Origin: Macrostomum hystrix
Taxonomy: Eukaryota; Animalia; Platyhelminthes
Length of the DNA: 64,000 bases
NCBI GenBank assembly: GCA_950097015.1
Contig: CATNEN010000032.1
Span: 2,232,001-2,296,000, forward strand
Direction of reading: 5' to 3'
The first letter of the stretch is position 1; each line of letters starts with the position of its first letter. The translations under genes and the position numbers were made by a program. The notes beneath the pieces are model-generated. The model was not told the origin of the DNA, did no database searches, and saw nothing but the letters and a program-made list of their open reading frames with translations. This document shows positions 34,195 through 46,596 of this stretch, in pieces.

Positions 34195-34589
34195 CTCAGG
34201 TGATTAACTTGATGAAATGTTAAATTTTTGCACTGTTTTAATGCTCACCAACACTGGGCATGCAAACTGCATTTAGACCGGTGCTTTTAACAGACCAGAT
34301 GCATTTATTGGCTCCTTTTAGCTTTTTATATTTGCTAACGGAAAAATGTCGCAGCGTCCTATCGTCTGTTTAAAATTTTTGTCTCTATGCTGGAAAGAAA
34401 TTTTGCGCAGCATTTTCCAAGCTTTTAGTCATCTTAGATCTGATTCTGTTTAATGCGATCTCATTTTTAGCTCCATGGCATGCTCCACCTTCTTTCAGTG
34501 TCTCATTGCTCTGCCCTAAAATGTCACCGTGCTAAAAGCTCGCTGCTGATCGTAGATTTAAGCTTTTAACTGCTGCGAGTAAGCTAGAT

Positions 34590-35690
34590 AGTCACTGCAC
34601 GGTGCACGGTGGTCCCACACTCGCACCCGTGCCTCAAGATCCTGGAGAGCTGCGCCAGGCTGCACGTTCTTACCGACGCAATACCGGCCACGCTTCTCCT
34701 GAGCCAGAGGTACAAGGTCAAAATCGAACCTCGCCTACAGATGGAACGAGGCGGAGATCCACTGTTTCACAAATGGCTCCCTGATAAATGGTAAATCCGG
34801 CTTCGGGACGTGCATTGTCGAGAATGGAGAAGTGGAGCTTCTCCCACCACACTGGAGGCGACTCCAGTGCTTTTTAGCGCGAAGAGCTCGCCATTAGCTC
34901 GTGTGCAGCAGAGCTGCGCTGCAGGCAGCTCGGTGGCCGGAGTATCTTTTTTTCACTCGGAGAAGAATGGGAGATGGGATGGGAGTGGATGGGATCCAGG
35001 CGGCCTTGCTGACTCTGCCGCAGCACCACCTGCTCTACTTCTGCTCTAGACTGCAACGCCCAGCTCAATGTGCTTGCGCGGAGCAACACTGTGGAGCTCC
35101 CCTGGATCCCTGGGCACGCCGGTTTGCCAGGAAATGAGCGGGCAGACCCGCTTGCCAGGGCTGGATCCGCTGGTTCCCTGGTCTGACCAGGCCCAGTTGC
35201 TGCCATCCCCGCATCAGTCATCAACTCGCGTATCAAGCGCTGGATGGAATCCGAGCACCGTCGTAGGTGGACGAACACTCTGAACTGCTGCCAGTCCAGA
35301 GCCGCTGTCCCCTACCCAACCCTCAGCTGCCCAGAGCCCTCCTTAAGCTCAACCGCAGTGATCTTTGAGCAGTTAGCATGGCCCTCTCGGGACATGGCTG
35401 CTTCTCCCGCCACCGTTTCCTTCAAGGCAATGTGCCGGAGGAGCGGTGCCCTTTCTGCAACTCTGACCGCGAAAATGCGGAGCATTTCATATGCGACTGC
35501 CCGGTGTTCACCAGGGCAAGGCTCAAGCATCTCGGACCAAACCTGGACCTCTTCGACGCTTGCAGACCCGAGAACATCCATCTGCTAGCACGGTACCTGA
35601 AGGACACCGGGCGCGCGAACTTCTTCCCCACCGCCGGTAGGAAGGATCCTGCAGTGGGCGAGATCACCGGATCCCCCTGAGTGCCACTGC
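34590..35690 (+). mobile_element. 3' fragment of an RNase H-bearing non-LTR retrotransposon (I-group-like), degenerate
   Basis: WIPGHAGLPGNERADPLARAG RNase H motif (~35095-35160) and C-terminal GHGCF...CPFC...ENAEHFICDCP zinc knuckle. Confidence 0.85.
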
Positions 35691-35789
35691 CTCGTTCGCG
35701 AGCCGTTGGTCGCCAGGGTTTAGAGAAATTGACGGTTCCTCCGCCTCCTCGCTGCATCCGCCTGTCCGACGCACCCTGCAGCTAAGTCA

Positions 35790-36290
35790 GGGGTGGGATA
35801 AAATGGGATGGGGATGGGAATGGGATGGGATGGTATTTGACAACAATGGGATGGGATGGTATGTGACAACAATGGGATGGGGTGGGAGAAGAATGGGATG
35901 GGATGGGAGAAGAATGGGATGGGAGAAGAATGGGATGGGAGAAGAATGGGATGGGAGAAGAATGGGATGTGAGAAGAATGGGATGGGGTGGGACAAGAAT
36001 GGGATGGGATGGGATGGGACAATAATGGAATGGGATGGTATGTGACAACAATGGGATGGGGTGGGAGAAGAATGGGATGGGATGGGAGAAGAATGGGATG
36101 GGAGAAGAATGGGATGGGAGAAGAATGGGATGGGAGAAGAATGGGATGTGAGAAGAATGGGATGGGGTGGGACAAGAATGGGATGGGATGGGATGGGACA
36201 ATAATGGAATGGGATGGTATGTGACAACAATGGGATGGGGTGGGAGAAGAATGGGATGGGATGGGAGAAGAATGGGATGGGGAGGCCGCA
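35790..36290. repeat. (ATGGG)n-based compound microsatellite; related blocks at ~37255-37520 and ~37905-38095
   Basis: Visible directly. Confidence 0.95.
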
Positions 36291-36339
36291 GCATCCACAC
36301 AAATTTTGAGCTCAGCTGATGCAGGTAAAGCGGAGTGGA

Positions 36340-36460
36340 GTGAGTTACTAGAATGGTTAAGTGTCTTGCTTCCGGATAAAAAAATTATATTGAGCTGAAA
36401 TCGAACTCCTGACTCTCAGTCAATAGTCCGAGGCTGTTGCGATTAAGAATTCCCCGTAGC
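36340..36460 (-). mobile_element. Degenerate tRNA-derived SINE fragment
   Basis: Minus strand carries a B-box-like GAGTTCGATTTC followed by GCAAGACACTTAACC, resembling a conserved SINE body. Confidence 0.4.
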
Positions 36461-37529
36461 CTTTGGATAGCTCACGGAGGCACGTTAATGGCAACGGATT
36501 TGAGCTTATGCAACTTTCAGTAAGCTTTTGCTTTCATTATTTGCCGTTTGCAGACTGTTTTGCTTGGTTTTTCAAAAGGAGGTTCGAAAATGATTGCGAA
36601 ATTGTCTTTAGAACGGCTGGTTGCATTGCTCAGTTCCTGCTTTTATTGATTGAAAAAGTCTATTGTAATTAGAGGTCCCATTGTTCTATACTGTTGCTAC
36701 TCTCAAGCTTTTCCCAATGCGTGGTGCACCTTAGACTAGCCCAGAGGCAGTGTTGCGTGTATAAATGACTGCTCATTGCCTGAACAAAATGCATTCCATA
36801 TAAATAAGCAGGTGAATTAAAACAATATATTTTCATTCTAATACAATTGTAAAGACAGTCCCACGTGCCTCCTCGCCAAAAAACAGGTGAGTTTAGGTGA
36901 GGTTCCTTACTAGCTCGCGTTTGCTTCAAAATTTCAGTTGCATCGATTGATTATGTAACAACAATGTCCAAGCATTTGTATATTTTTTGTTCCGAGTGAG
37001 ACCTAAACAGATCATTGAAGACATTTGTCTGAATACATAGTCTGGCAGATCAGACAAGTAATTTGAAATCGCTAATTAACTGAATTGTCTTCTCATCGAT
37101 AGCCTTTGATGTTTCCGATTCATTGACAAAAAAATTATTTTTAATTTCTACATTAAATTGGTGTGAAAGGACATGTTCAGATTAATTAGGCAAATTAGAA
37201 ATGCTTTTGAGGGAAAACAAACACAGAAATGAGAATAAGGATAGGGTGTGAGAGGAACAGGATGGGGTGGATGGGAGAAAATGAGATGGGACGGGAGAAA
37301 ACGGGATGGGATGGGAGAAAATGAGATGGGATGGGAGAAAATGGGATGGGGTGGGAGAAAATGAGATGGGATGGGAGAAAAACAAGATGGGGTGGGAGAA
37401 AAATAGGATGGCAGAAAAATGGGATGGGATGGGATAAGAATGGGATGGGATGGGATAAGAATGGGATGGGATGGGATAAGAATGTGATGGGATGGGATAA
37501 TAATGGGATAATAATATAATAATTGACAC

Positions 37530-37898
37530 TAGACCCAAGGGCCAGTGCAGGTGTTGTGTCAGGCACACTAGCAGGTGGGGTTGCACACCTATTATACTCC
37601 CCGGCTCTCTCGGACACCGGTTGACAGCCGCGTGTCAGCAATGGAATTTATTTTTTCAAACATGTCGGGAGCATCCAAACCCCACAGAATTGCGCACAGA
37701 ACTGCTTTATTTCACGCCAGCCGGAATTATTATTACCCGACGAAATGTCGGTACTCATTTGCAGCTGAGTAGACTGTGTGTACATCAGGGCAAAGCAGCT
37801 TGCCAAAGGCTGCACGAATAGTTCTAGACTAGGTCGGGAGTCGAACCCAGGACCATCTGATCCAGAGTCCGACACCTGACTGACTGAGCTATCCGCCC
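37530..37898 (-). mobile_element. tRNA-derived SINE
   Basis: Minus-strand head GGGCGGATAGCTCAGTCAG...GGTTCGACTCCCG contains A and B boxes. The body CCTTTGGCAAGCTGCTT...ACTCAGCTGCAAATGAGTACC is typical of conserved-domain SINEs. Confidence 0.75.
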
Positions 37899-38737
37899 AT
37901 ACATAGGGATGTATGGGATAGGATGGGATAATAATTAGATGGGATGGGATAATAATGAGATGGGATGGGAGATATTGGGAATTGGATGGTAGAGGATTGT
38001 GAATGGGATTTTAGAGGAATGTGAATAGGATGGGATGGGAGAAATAAGAAAGGGATGTGAGTTGAACGGGATCGGATAGGAGAGGAGTGGAAGGAGCAAA
38101 AATAGAAGAAACGGGGTGGAATCTAGATGCAAATGCACTAAACAGTGCTTACAGACGGCACCCTGAGGTTTGTATTCACCAACTTTAGCCACAGTTGAGT
38201 AGCGAGCAGCTGCTAAGTGAAAGACGCGAAAAAAAGTTGGTACATCGCAAAAGAAGGCCGTGCATCCTACATTCAGGATTCATCGTCGAGTCTGTTTGAA
38301 ATTAACCGAAAGCTCACTAATTAGTGTCATGTATTCAAGTGCTAACAGGCTGCTGCTAAAATTAAGTCTTCTAACTGCGGCTGCGAAAAAAAGTTCTCGG
38401 CGGCGTGTCGGGAGACATCAAAGCGCGCCGCTATCACACCTCGGCTTAATTATTGCGGCACGCACTGCCGGCCCAACCTGCCAAACACGGTCTTGCCGAA
38501 GTCAAGTGTCTCCCCGCCAATCAGCGACCTCCTGGCCTCTCTAATTGCGATTTTTTAGGCGGCGAGAAGAGAAAGAAAGGTGCGATCTGCGCAGGTGGGG
38601 TGGGTGTTCCGGAGGGGCCAGCGCACAGGAGTGGCTATATAAAACAGAGATCCGTTTGTCCACTTGACCAACAGCGCTCACTTCCTTCTCAAGTTTCACT
38701 GCTCAAGCTAATCAGAGACTTCTGAGCTCGAACTGTC

Positions 38738-39076
38738 ATGGCCAGAAGACGCGTCACTTTCGACGGCTCCTTCAGCTCTGGCATCAGCACGGAGGCCAGG
38801 CTGCGTCATCGGCTACAGACGGCGATGGCTGCAGACACTTCAGCGCTCCAGGAACTGCTGCTTGCGTCTGCTCAACCTGTGAGCATGGTGGCACTGCCGG
38901 AGTTCTATCACAGACAGCCGATTGAATTCAAGGACAGGCGCGCCGACTCGGGCACTGATGGCGGACAACTTCTCAGGATGTCGGCCGCAGATCGTGACGG
39001 CTTCCTTCATCACTGTCAGGATCAGGACAACCAGGCTGCTGGCAACTTGATTCATCTGGGCAGTTTGCAGCCATAG
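38738..39076 (+). CDS. Small orphan protein (112 aa) with an N-terminal RVxF-like motif
   Basis: CCAAT at 38517, TATATAAAA at 38636, ATG in a GTCATGG context, and AATAAA at ~39433. No recognisable domain. Confidence 0.5.
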   Translation: MARRRVTFDGSFSSGISTEARLRHRLQTAMAADTSALQELLLASAQPVSMVALPEFYHRQPIEFKDRRADSGTDGGQLLRMSAADRDGFLHHCQDQDNQAAGNLIHLGSLQP

Positions 39077-39558
39077 ACCGACTTATCTCGCTTTTGGATA
39101 ATCCTAGTCTTGTTGATTGTATTTTACCGCTAGTTTGAACACTAAGTTTTGCTTGCGATTTCATTTCATTGTTTTGCTTTTCTTTCACAAATCGTGTTTT
39201 GATGAGTTCCTTGTTCCAATGCTCAATTTTCCGGGCTGTGATAACTTCTGTAAATAGGCCCTCCTGACTGTTTTTAATGTTTTAAGTCAATGTGCATGCC
39301 GAGTCAATCAATATCAGCAACTATGCTCTAGACTCCTCTAGAAACTCGCTTAAACTCTGCAAAGTTTTGCAGTGAAATAATTGTAGGGAAATTCAGCGAT
39401 TGAGTTTTTGGTTACTTTCCTTTTACATTCGCTAATAAAGAGATTCTGAGAAAAGTACCGAGTCAAGAATTCAGTAAAGCAAAAACATAATCCATAAAAA
39501 CTGATAAATGCAAATCAATTTAGTCGCTAAAACATGCACTCATGAAGAATAAAAATCC

Positions 39559-40475
39559 TCTCCCTGTCTCCGCTCCCAGTCTCTTCTCTCCCAGTCTCTC
39601 CTCTCCCAGTCTCCTCTCCCAGTCTCTCCTCTCCCAGTCTCTTCTCTCCCAGTCTCTCCTCACCCTGTCTCCTCACCCTGTCTCCTCTCCCAGTCTCTCC
39701 TCACCCTGTCTCCTCACCCTGCGGGAGAGAAGAGACTGGGAGAGGAGAGACTGGGAGAGAAGAGACTGGGAGAGGAGAGACTGGGAGAGGAGACTGGGAG
39801 AGGAGAGACTGGGAGAGAAGAGACTGGGAGAGAAGAGACTGGGAGAGAAGAGACTGGGAGAGGAGAGACTGGGAGAGAAGAGACTGGGAGAGGAGAGACT
39901 GGGAGAGGAGACTGGGAGAGGAGAGACTGGGAGAGAAGAGACTGGGAGAGGAGAGACTGGGAGAGAAGAGACTGGGAGAGAAGAGACTGGGAGAGGAGAG
40001 ACTGGGAGAGGAGAGACTGGGAGAGGAGAGACTGGGAGAGGAGACAGGGAGAGGAGAGACTGGGAGAGGGGAGACTGGGAGAGGAGAGACTGGGTGAGGA
40101 GAGACTGGGTGAGAAGAGACTGGGAGAGGAGAGACTGGGAGAGGAGACTGGGAGAGAAGAGACTGGGTGAGGAGAGACTCGGAAAGAGGAGAGACTGGGT
40201 GAGGAGAGACTGGGTGAGGAGAGACTGGGAGAGAAGAGACTGGGAGAGGAGAGACTGGGAGAGGAGACAGGGAGAGGAGAGACTGGGAGAGGGGAGACTG
40301 GGAGAGGAGAGACTGGGTGAGGAGAGACTGGGTGAGAAGAGACTGGGAGAGGAGAGACTGGGAGAGGAGACTGGGTGAGAAGAGACTGGGAGAGGAGAGA
40401 CTGGGAGAGGAGAGACTGGGAGAGGAGGGACTGGGAGAGGAGAGACTTGGAGAGTAGAGACAGGGAGAGGAGAGA
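39559..40475. repeat. 15-bp satellite (gggagaggagagact) with an orientation switch at ~39720
   Basis: 39559-39720 is in the CT-rich orientation and 39723-40475 in the GA-rich orientation. The same family occurs at 56700-57910. Confidence 0.95.
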
Positions 40476-40795
40476 GACCATCGGACCCCTGTTAGTGTCT
40501 GGATTGCAGCATCTTATTATTCACGAGCAGTTTCAGGTTTCACTCAGGACTGGTCTTAGCTGAAGTGAGCTGATGCTAGATGAGCTGCTGGTGGTGGTGG
40601 CGTATTGTGCTGTGCAATAAAAGTGTCTCTATGCGTCAAAAGCTCGTAACAGTGTAAATCATGCAAATTGGATGTTAGCATTTTGTTGTTGCGCATAAAA
40701 TGTGTCCAGAATTGGTAACTAACCGTATCTGCTCAGTTCTTGTAAAAATAATCATAGACAGAAGATATAAATTGGTCTTGCTCAAAGTTTTCTGT

Positions 40796-41152
40796 AGCTC
40801 ATCCAGCTACGGTCATAGTAACTGCTCATCCATCTACAGTCATAGTAACTGCTCATCCAGCTACGGTCATAGTAACTGCTCATCCATCTACAGTCATAGT
40901 AACTGCTCATCCAGCTACGTTCATAGTAACTGCTCATCCATCTACAGTCATAGTAACTGCTCAACCATCTACGGTCATAGTAACTGCTCATCCATCTACG
41001 GTCATAGCAACTGCTCATCCATCTACAGTCATAGTAACTGCTCAACCATCTACAGTCATAGTAACTGCTCATCCATCTATGGTCATAGCAACTGCTCATC
41101 CAGCTACGGTCATAGCAACTGCTCATCCATCTACGGTCATAGCAACTGCTCG
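40796..41152. repeat. 27-bp minisatellite (catagtaactgctcatccatctacggt), ~13 copies
   Basis: Tandem units. Confidence 0.95.
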
Positions 41153-41594
41153 TACTCGTAGATTAGCATTTTGTGACGCAAAAAATAGTAAGAAAATATG
41201 CCAAATCACGCAGCGCGCCAGCCCGCCCACCAACCCACCAGGCGTCAAATTAATTCAAATCCCCAGCTAAAATCTCAAATTCTACAAAAATTTCATGAAA
41301 ATGTCTCATGGTTGGCGATTTTCTGCACAGTTTCAATTTGCACTTTGATTAGGTTGAAGAAGAATTGCAAGAGGATATCTTTTTTGGAGTTGAAAATTAA
41401 CTCCTGGTGGATATTTACCTGCTGAGTTATTACGAATGATGGAAAACGAAATCGAAAACGCTTTCGCGAAGTGAGCTCGAAGCATGCTTTGACAAAGAAT
41501 AAATTTTCCTGATCACATTCATTCCTGAGCAGCGGTTTCAAAAACTATTTTTAGAAAACAATTAGGAGTGGGCAAGGAAGGCGAGGACCAAATT

Positions 41595-41820
41595 GAGTGG
41601 GGCGGAAGGTGAGTGCGAGGGGCGGATGGGAGCGGAAGGTGGGTACGACGGGCGGATGGGAGCGGAAGGTGGGTACGACGGGCGGATGGGAGCGGAAGGT
41701 GGGTACGACGGGCGGATGGGAGCGGAAGGTGGGTACGACGGGCAGATAGGAGCGGAAGCGGACTGCAGGGGGCGGATAGGAGCGGAAGCGGACTGCAAGT
41801 GGCGGATAGGAGCGGAATCC
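41595..41820. repeat. 30-bp GC-rich minisatellite, ~7 copies
   Basis: gggcggatgggagcggaaggtgggtacgac units. Confidence 0.93.
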
Positions 41821-42035
41821 AGGAGCCAGCCCTGATTCGCTAGAAAAAAACAAAAGCGTGCCTTCAATTAAGTTTTTTGTTTCCTTGATTTATTTGTCTG
41901 CTTGACTCAATTGATCAAATGCGAGCCAGTTGAGTGGATATATATTTATGCCATTTCAATTAGTCAGCATGGTTTTGAGTTGTTTGCGCAGCTGGAATGT
42001 CCTGATGGCGCAGTCGGACGGGATGTTGAGCTCGT

Positions 42036-42296
42036 TTATTTCCCGCCTTTTTGTATATGTCCAAGCTTGTAGAGAATCGACTGCAGACTGCGCCGTTTGC
42101 CAGCCGTCTGCCACGGCTCCTGCGGGCGCCCCCAGGTAAGGCTGGCGGTCTCGTCGTCCAGCCCATCTCTTAGAGCGGCGGCGACGGTCTCCAGATCGAC
42201 GGCGTCGCCATAGCGCTCAGCAGCCGGGCCAGTAAGGGGCGCGGCCACGGCGGCCGTAACAACGAGCAGCAGAGGGAGCAGAGAGATCGGCGACAT
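42036..42296 (-). CDS. Probable neuropeptide/prohormone precursor (86 aa)
   Basis: Signal peptide MSPISLLPLLLVVTAAVAA, acidic spacer, GKRR amidation/cleavage site, internal WGR, and terminal GGK. TATAAAA at 42485-42479 and a GT-AG 5'UTR intron (42398 to 42317 or 42310). Confidence 0.72.
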   Translation of the reverse strand: MSPISLLPLLLVVTAAVAAPLTGPAAERYGDAVDLETVAAALRDGLDDETASLTWGRPQEPWQTAGKRRSLQSILYKLGHIQKGGK

Positions 42297-42478
42297 GAGT
42301 TCGGAGGCTCTGCAAGCTGCGTTGCGGGATCATTGAGATTAGGAGTTGAAATTCCATTATTCTCAATAACCAAAGTTCAATGAAAAACAGCATGTTACCT
42401 TTTGTAGCGTTTGTAGCTTTGCTGGCGAGTTTGAGTTGAGTGTGTGGAAGATTTCCCATCGCCACAATCAAGCCGAGC

Positions 42479-42485
42479 TTTTATA
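42479..42485 (-). promoter_or_regulatory. TATA box of the putative neuropeptide gene
   Basis: TATAAAA on the minus strand, ~85 bp upstream of the 5'UTR intron donor. Confidence 0.55.
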
Positions 42486-42965
42486 GGGCCTGTTTGGGGT
42501 AGTTGGGTTTTAAGAGGCCTATCCATTGGCAGTTGAGCTGTGGGAATACGGCACAAATTGCATTGGATTGCATTGACTCGAGATTAAGCCTGGAATTGGA
42601 AGCCATTCGTGTCGTCAAGTTCGATGCCCATTTTTGGACGGACGCTGAGAGGAGGAAAAATAAGGAGAAAAATGAGACGAGCTGATGAGACGAAAGAATA
42701 AGGGACGGTGAGAACGATTACTGTGGACTGGTGGCAGCCCCATGAGCAGATAGGATGCAGGGCGGATGGGGAAGATGGCATGGAAAGGATGGAGAAGAGA
42801 AAGATGGGAATAAAGGATGGAAAATATGTTCATGGAAGAATGGGGAAGATGGCATGGAAGGGTGGAAAATATGTTCATGGAAGAATGGGGAAGATGGCAT
42901 GGAAGGGTGGAAAATATGGGTATTGGAGAATGGGACAATTAATTTGAGATCTTTTAACTGTCTCT

Positions 42966-43470
42966 GAATGTACATTCTTCAATGTCCACTCGGCCTGCTG
43001 GCTTCAAACTCTGCCTCACAGAATGTACATTCTTCAATGTCCACTCGGCCTGCTGGCTTCAAACTCTGCCTCACCGAATGTACATTCTTCAATGTCCACT
43101 CGGCCTGCTGGCTTCAAACTCTGCCTCACCGAATGTACATTCTTCAATGTCCACTCGGCCTGCTGGCTTCAAACTCTGCCTCACAGAATGTACATTCTTC
43201 AATGTCCACTCGGCCTGCTGGCTTCAAACTCTGCCTCACCGAATGTACATTCTTCAATGTCCACTCGGCCTGCTGGCTTCAAACACTGCCTCACCGAATG
43301 TACATTCTTCAATGTTCACTCGGCCTGCTGGCTTCAAACACTGCCTCACCGAATGTACATTCTTCAATGTCCACTCGGCCTGCTGGCTTCAAACTCTGCC
43401 TCACCGAATGTACATTCTTCAATGTCCACTCGGCCTGCTGGCTTCAAACACTGCCTCACCGAATGTACAT
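42966..43470. repeat. 55-bp minisatellite, ~9 copies
   Basis: gaatgtacattcttcaatgtccactcggcctgctggcttcaaactctgcctcacc units. Confidence 0.97.
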
Positions 43471-43882
43471 TTTTGTAGTTTAGAAGCAATGCCAAACAGT
43501 AGCAACTTTAGAAATGGTTCTCTTGCGCCTGCCGAAACCAAAATAAAAATATTTATCTATTTATTTATTTATGGCCTAGATCTGCGCATGCCAAGTACAG
43601 TCAGTGCTAATATATTATTAAGTAAAATATAATTGCTTTATAATAAACATCATCAAGCAATATCTAGATTAAGTAGCAGATGAGACATGAATTAAAAAGC
43701 GGTAGATATGATTCTTCTCTACTCAGTAGTATAAATATTCTAATTATTCAGCATTGTTAACATGAAAATACGGACAACAGTCAAAGGGTAAGTTTTTACA
43801 AATATTTTAACGATTAGAAACACATTTATAGCAACCTGGTGTGAAAAAAACTATTTAAAAGACTATTTATATTTAGAATATA

Positions 43883-44702
43883 CGTAGGGTGTCAACATGC
43901 CAAGATCCACATACAAGATCGATCCGATCAACTGAGGCTTTCGGACTCCCCATTCGATCCGCCAACTCTCTTGCAGTCCGACCGTAATTTTCCTGTATCC
44001 TGTAACCTTCACCCTTTGAATCTGTGCGATTGTTGATGGAGAGATCGGACGGCCACGGTTGGCTGTGTCATCAGCAACGTCTGTTCGCCCATGACTGAAC
44101 TCTTCAAGCCAGCGATAGACAGCACTCTGCGAGATGGGACTCTACGTGGAAGTCAGTCAGCTGGATTACGATTTCATTACCTCGCTTCCACAATTTCCAC
44201 TGGGAGTACACGAACTGGCGTTGATCTTTTTGGACGAAACGTTGAACTATTGCACAAGGGAAAAGGAAAAACTCTAAACTCAACAGCGGCATCTTGTCGA
44301 GGCGTACACAATGTCGATATCCGCGATGTGCTTGCTGCCTTTGGTGCCACGGATATCTCTTGCGTCAGCTTCTGCTTCTTTTGATTCTGGTGCTCACGCT
44401 TCTCTGTTTGTCTGTTGCCTTTTGCTGCTTCCGTTTTCTGATGCTTCTGCTCATTTTCTTCTGTCGCAAAATTTTCGTCTATGGACAAACTTGGGTTGGG
44501 CCTTGACTTGGTGTAACTCTACCGGCCCTTACCCCTTGTTCTAATTTTAGCCATAACTTTTGAATGAATTGACATTTTTAATTGATTCAAGAAGCCTTTG
44601 AAATGTTGAATGTTTTTTATCAGTCATGTGAGTTTCAATAAAATTTGTTTTAATACTTAGCCGGTGCATCGAGCTTTCCCACTATTTTTGGGACACCCCT
44701 CG
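43883..44702 (-). mobile_element. Internally deleted Tc1/mariner element
   Basis: Imperfect TIRs CGTAGGGTGTC and CGAGGGGTGTC, each flanked by TA. Minus-strand transposase N-terminal HTH: ISQSAVYRWLEEFSHGRTDVADDTANRGRP...RELADRMG. Confidence 0.8.
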
Positions 44703-44945
44703 TATATCGGCAAGTGTGTAAAGGCAAGTCACTCGTTATTTAATACGAATCTAATTGCTATTAACATGAACATAACATGAATCAGGATTAACGACCTGGA
44801 TTCTGTCATTGCAAAACAGATCAGTAAAGTATACATCAGCATATGAGGATTATGGATTAGAATACCTGGATAATATTATTATATCCAAGGATAACTGTTT
44901 AGATAGTGTTTAAATTATCAAAGATTATGAATTAGGATAGAGAAT

Positions 44946-45500
44946 TATGGATGGGATCCAAGGATTATGGATGGGATCCAATGATTATGGATGGGATCCA
45001 AAGATTATGGATGGGATCCAAGGATTATGGATGGGAACCAAAGATTATGAATGGGATCCAAGAATTATGGATGGGATCCAAGGATTATGGATGGGATCCA
45101 AGGATTATGGATGGGATCCAAAGATTATGGATGGGATCCAAGGATTATGGATGGGATCCAAGGATTATGGATGGGATCCAAGGATTATGGATGGGATCCA
45201 AAGATTATGGATGGGATCCAAGGATTATGGATGGGATCCAAGGATTATGGATGGGATCCAAAGATTATGGATGGGATCCAAGGATTATGGATGGGATCCA
45301 AAGATTATGGATGGGATCCAAGGATTATGGATGGGATCCAAGGATTATGGATGGGATCCAAAGATTATGGATGGGATCCAAGGATTAGGGATGGGATCCA
45401 AGGATTATGGATGGGATCCAAGGATTATAGGTGGGGACCAAGGATAATGAATAGGATACAAGGATTATGGATGGGAAGCAAAGATTATGAATGGGAATAA
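44946..45500. repeat. 20-bp minisatellite (ggattatggatgggatccaa), ~27 copies
   Basis: Tandem units. Confidence 0.97.
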
Positions 45501-45637
45501 GGGAATTTCGCATAGGGATTTCAGAGGTAGGGATCAGGATTAAGGATCCGAGGAGTTCAGGTTGCAGAGATTCTATTCTGGAATAGGAAAGCACGAAAGC
45601 AGCGAGCAGTGGCATAACCAGAGCTGGAACAGCGCAG

Positions 45638-46443
45638 TTAAACAGGTCCGACCGGACGCCTTAGCCACCGGACAAGCAGCCACAGTCCCGGCCGGTATAG
45701 CAGGGCCAGCAGGATGACAAGCTGAACCAGGCCGACCACAGAGCTGGCATTATAAAGCTTCATGAGGCTGATGATTCGAGCTAAAGTGGACATTGGCGAG
45801 GCTGCCTGCTGCTGCTGCTGTTGGATAACAGCATTAGGCGAGCCGTAGCTGCGAACAAACAGAGCAGTGACGATTGCCACTAGAAGCACAAGGAATAAAA
45901 TCGGTGGCTCGATAGCCGCTCCGTTAGCATTCAAATTCCTGGGCCGATTGTCTGACGGCGCGTTAGGAACTGCCTCATTAGCATCGTCTAGCCAGCCTGG
46001 CTGCTGCTGCTGCTGTTCCGAGAAATGCGGCACTGAAGGCGGCGACTCCAACGGCCCGCATTGGCCGCCACGGACGCTACCGTCGTAACTAACACCGCTA
46101 GAATAGACCCGGTGCCGGCCAGAGAAAGCAGCCGAGCCGGCTGGTCGGCGATAGATGTAGGCCACTGGCCGGCGATCCATGGGACAGCTGGCGCTGTTCT
46201 GGCACCAATGCCGGAGGCAGTCGAAGCAGAAGCTGTGACAGCAGCCGTTTGGCACGCCGGCGTCGGCGCTGATGCCGCAGCAGCAGATGGCGCACTCACC
46301 TTCGAAACTATTCAGCGACAGTTCGATGGGATCCAGCTGGTCGAGCTGCTCTTGTTGCTGCTGCTGTTGCTTTTTGAGGCGCTTGCGGCTCTGGGGGACA
46401 TAGACAATTAAACTTAAAGACTAATGGCTAATCTGACTCTCAT
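45638..46443 (-). CDS. RING-HC E3 ligase-like protein with two C-terminal hydrophobic helices; proposed model join(46443-46438, 46390-45638)
   Basis: ECAICC...GCCHSFCFDC...W...CPMDR, plus hydrophobic segments ILFLVLLVAIVTALFV and VVGLVQLVILLALLY. The frame is open upstream to an acceptor CCCCCAG at 46391; a 47-nt GTCAGA...CAG intron joins ATG AGA in frame. The 5' end is tentative. Confidence 0.75.
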
Positions 46444-46596
46444 GCTTTTCTCCTCCTGCCGCTTTCTGATTGGTCAGCGATTCAGCCGCTTATTCTCTTA
46501 CCCACTGTCTACACACCACACGCCACTTATATAATCGAACCGCCAACCCCACTCCAACTGTTCTTAACGTTTATGCAGTTAAAAGGGCTACCTGAA

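Noticed and set aside
37825-37898. Functional tRNA gene
   Set aside because: It has A/B boxes but no convincing cloverleaf acceptor stem, and it continues into a SINE body.
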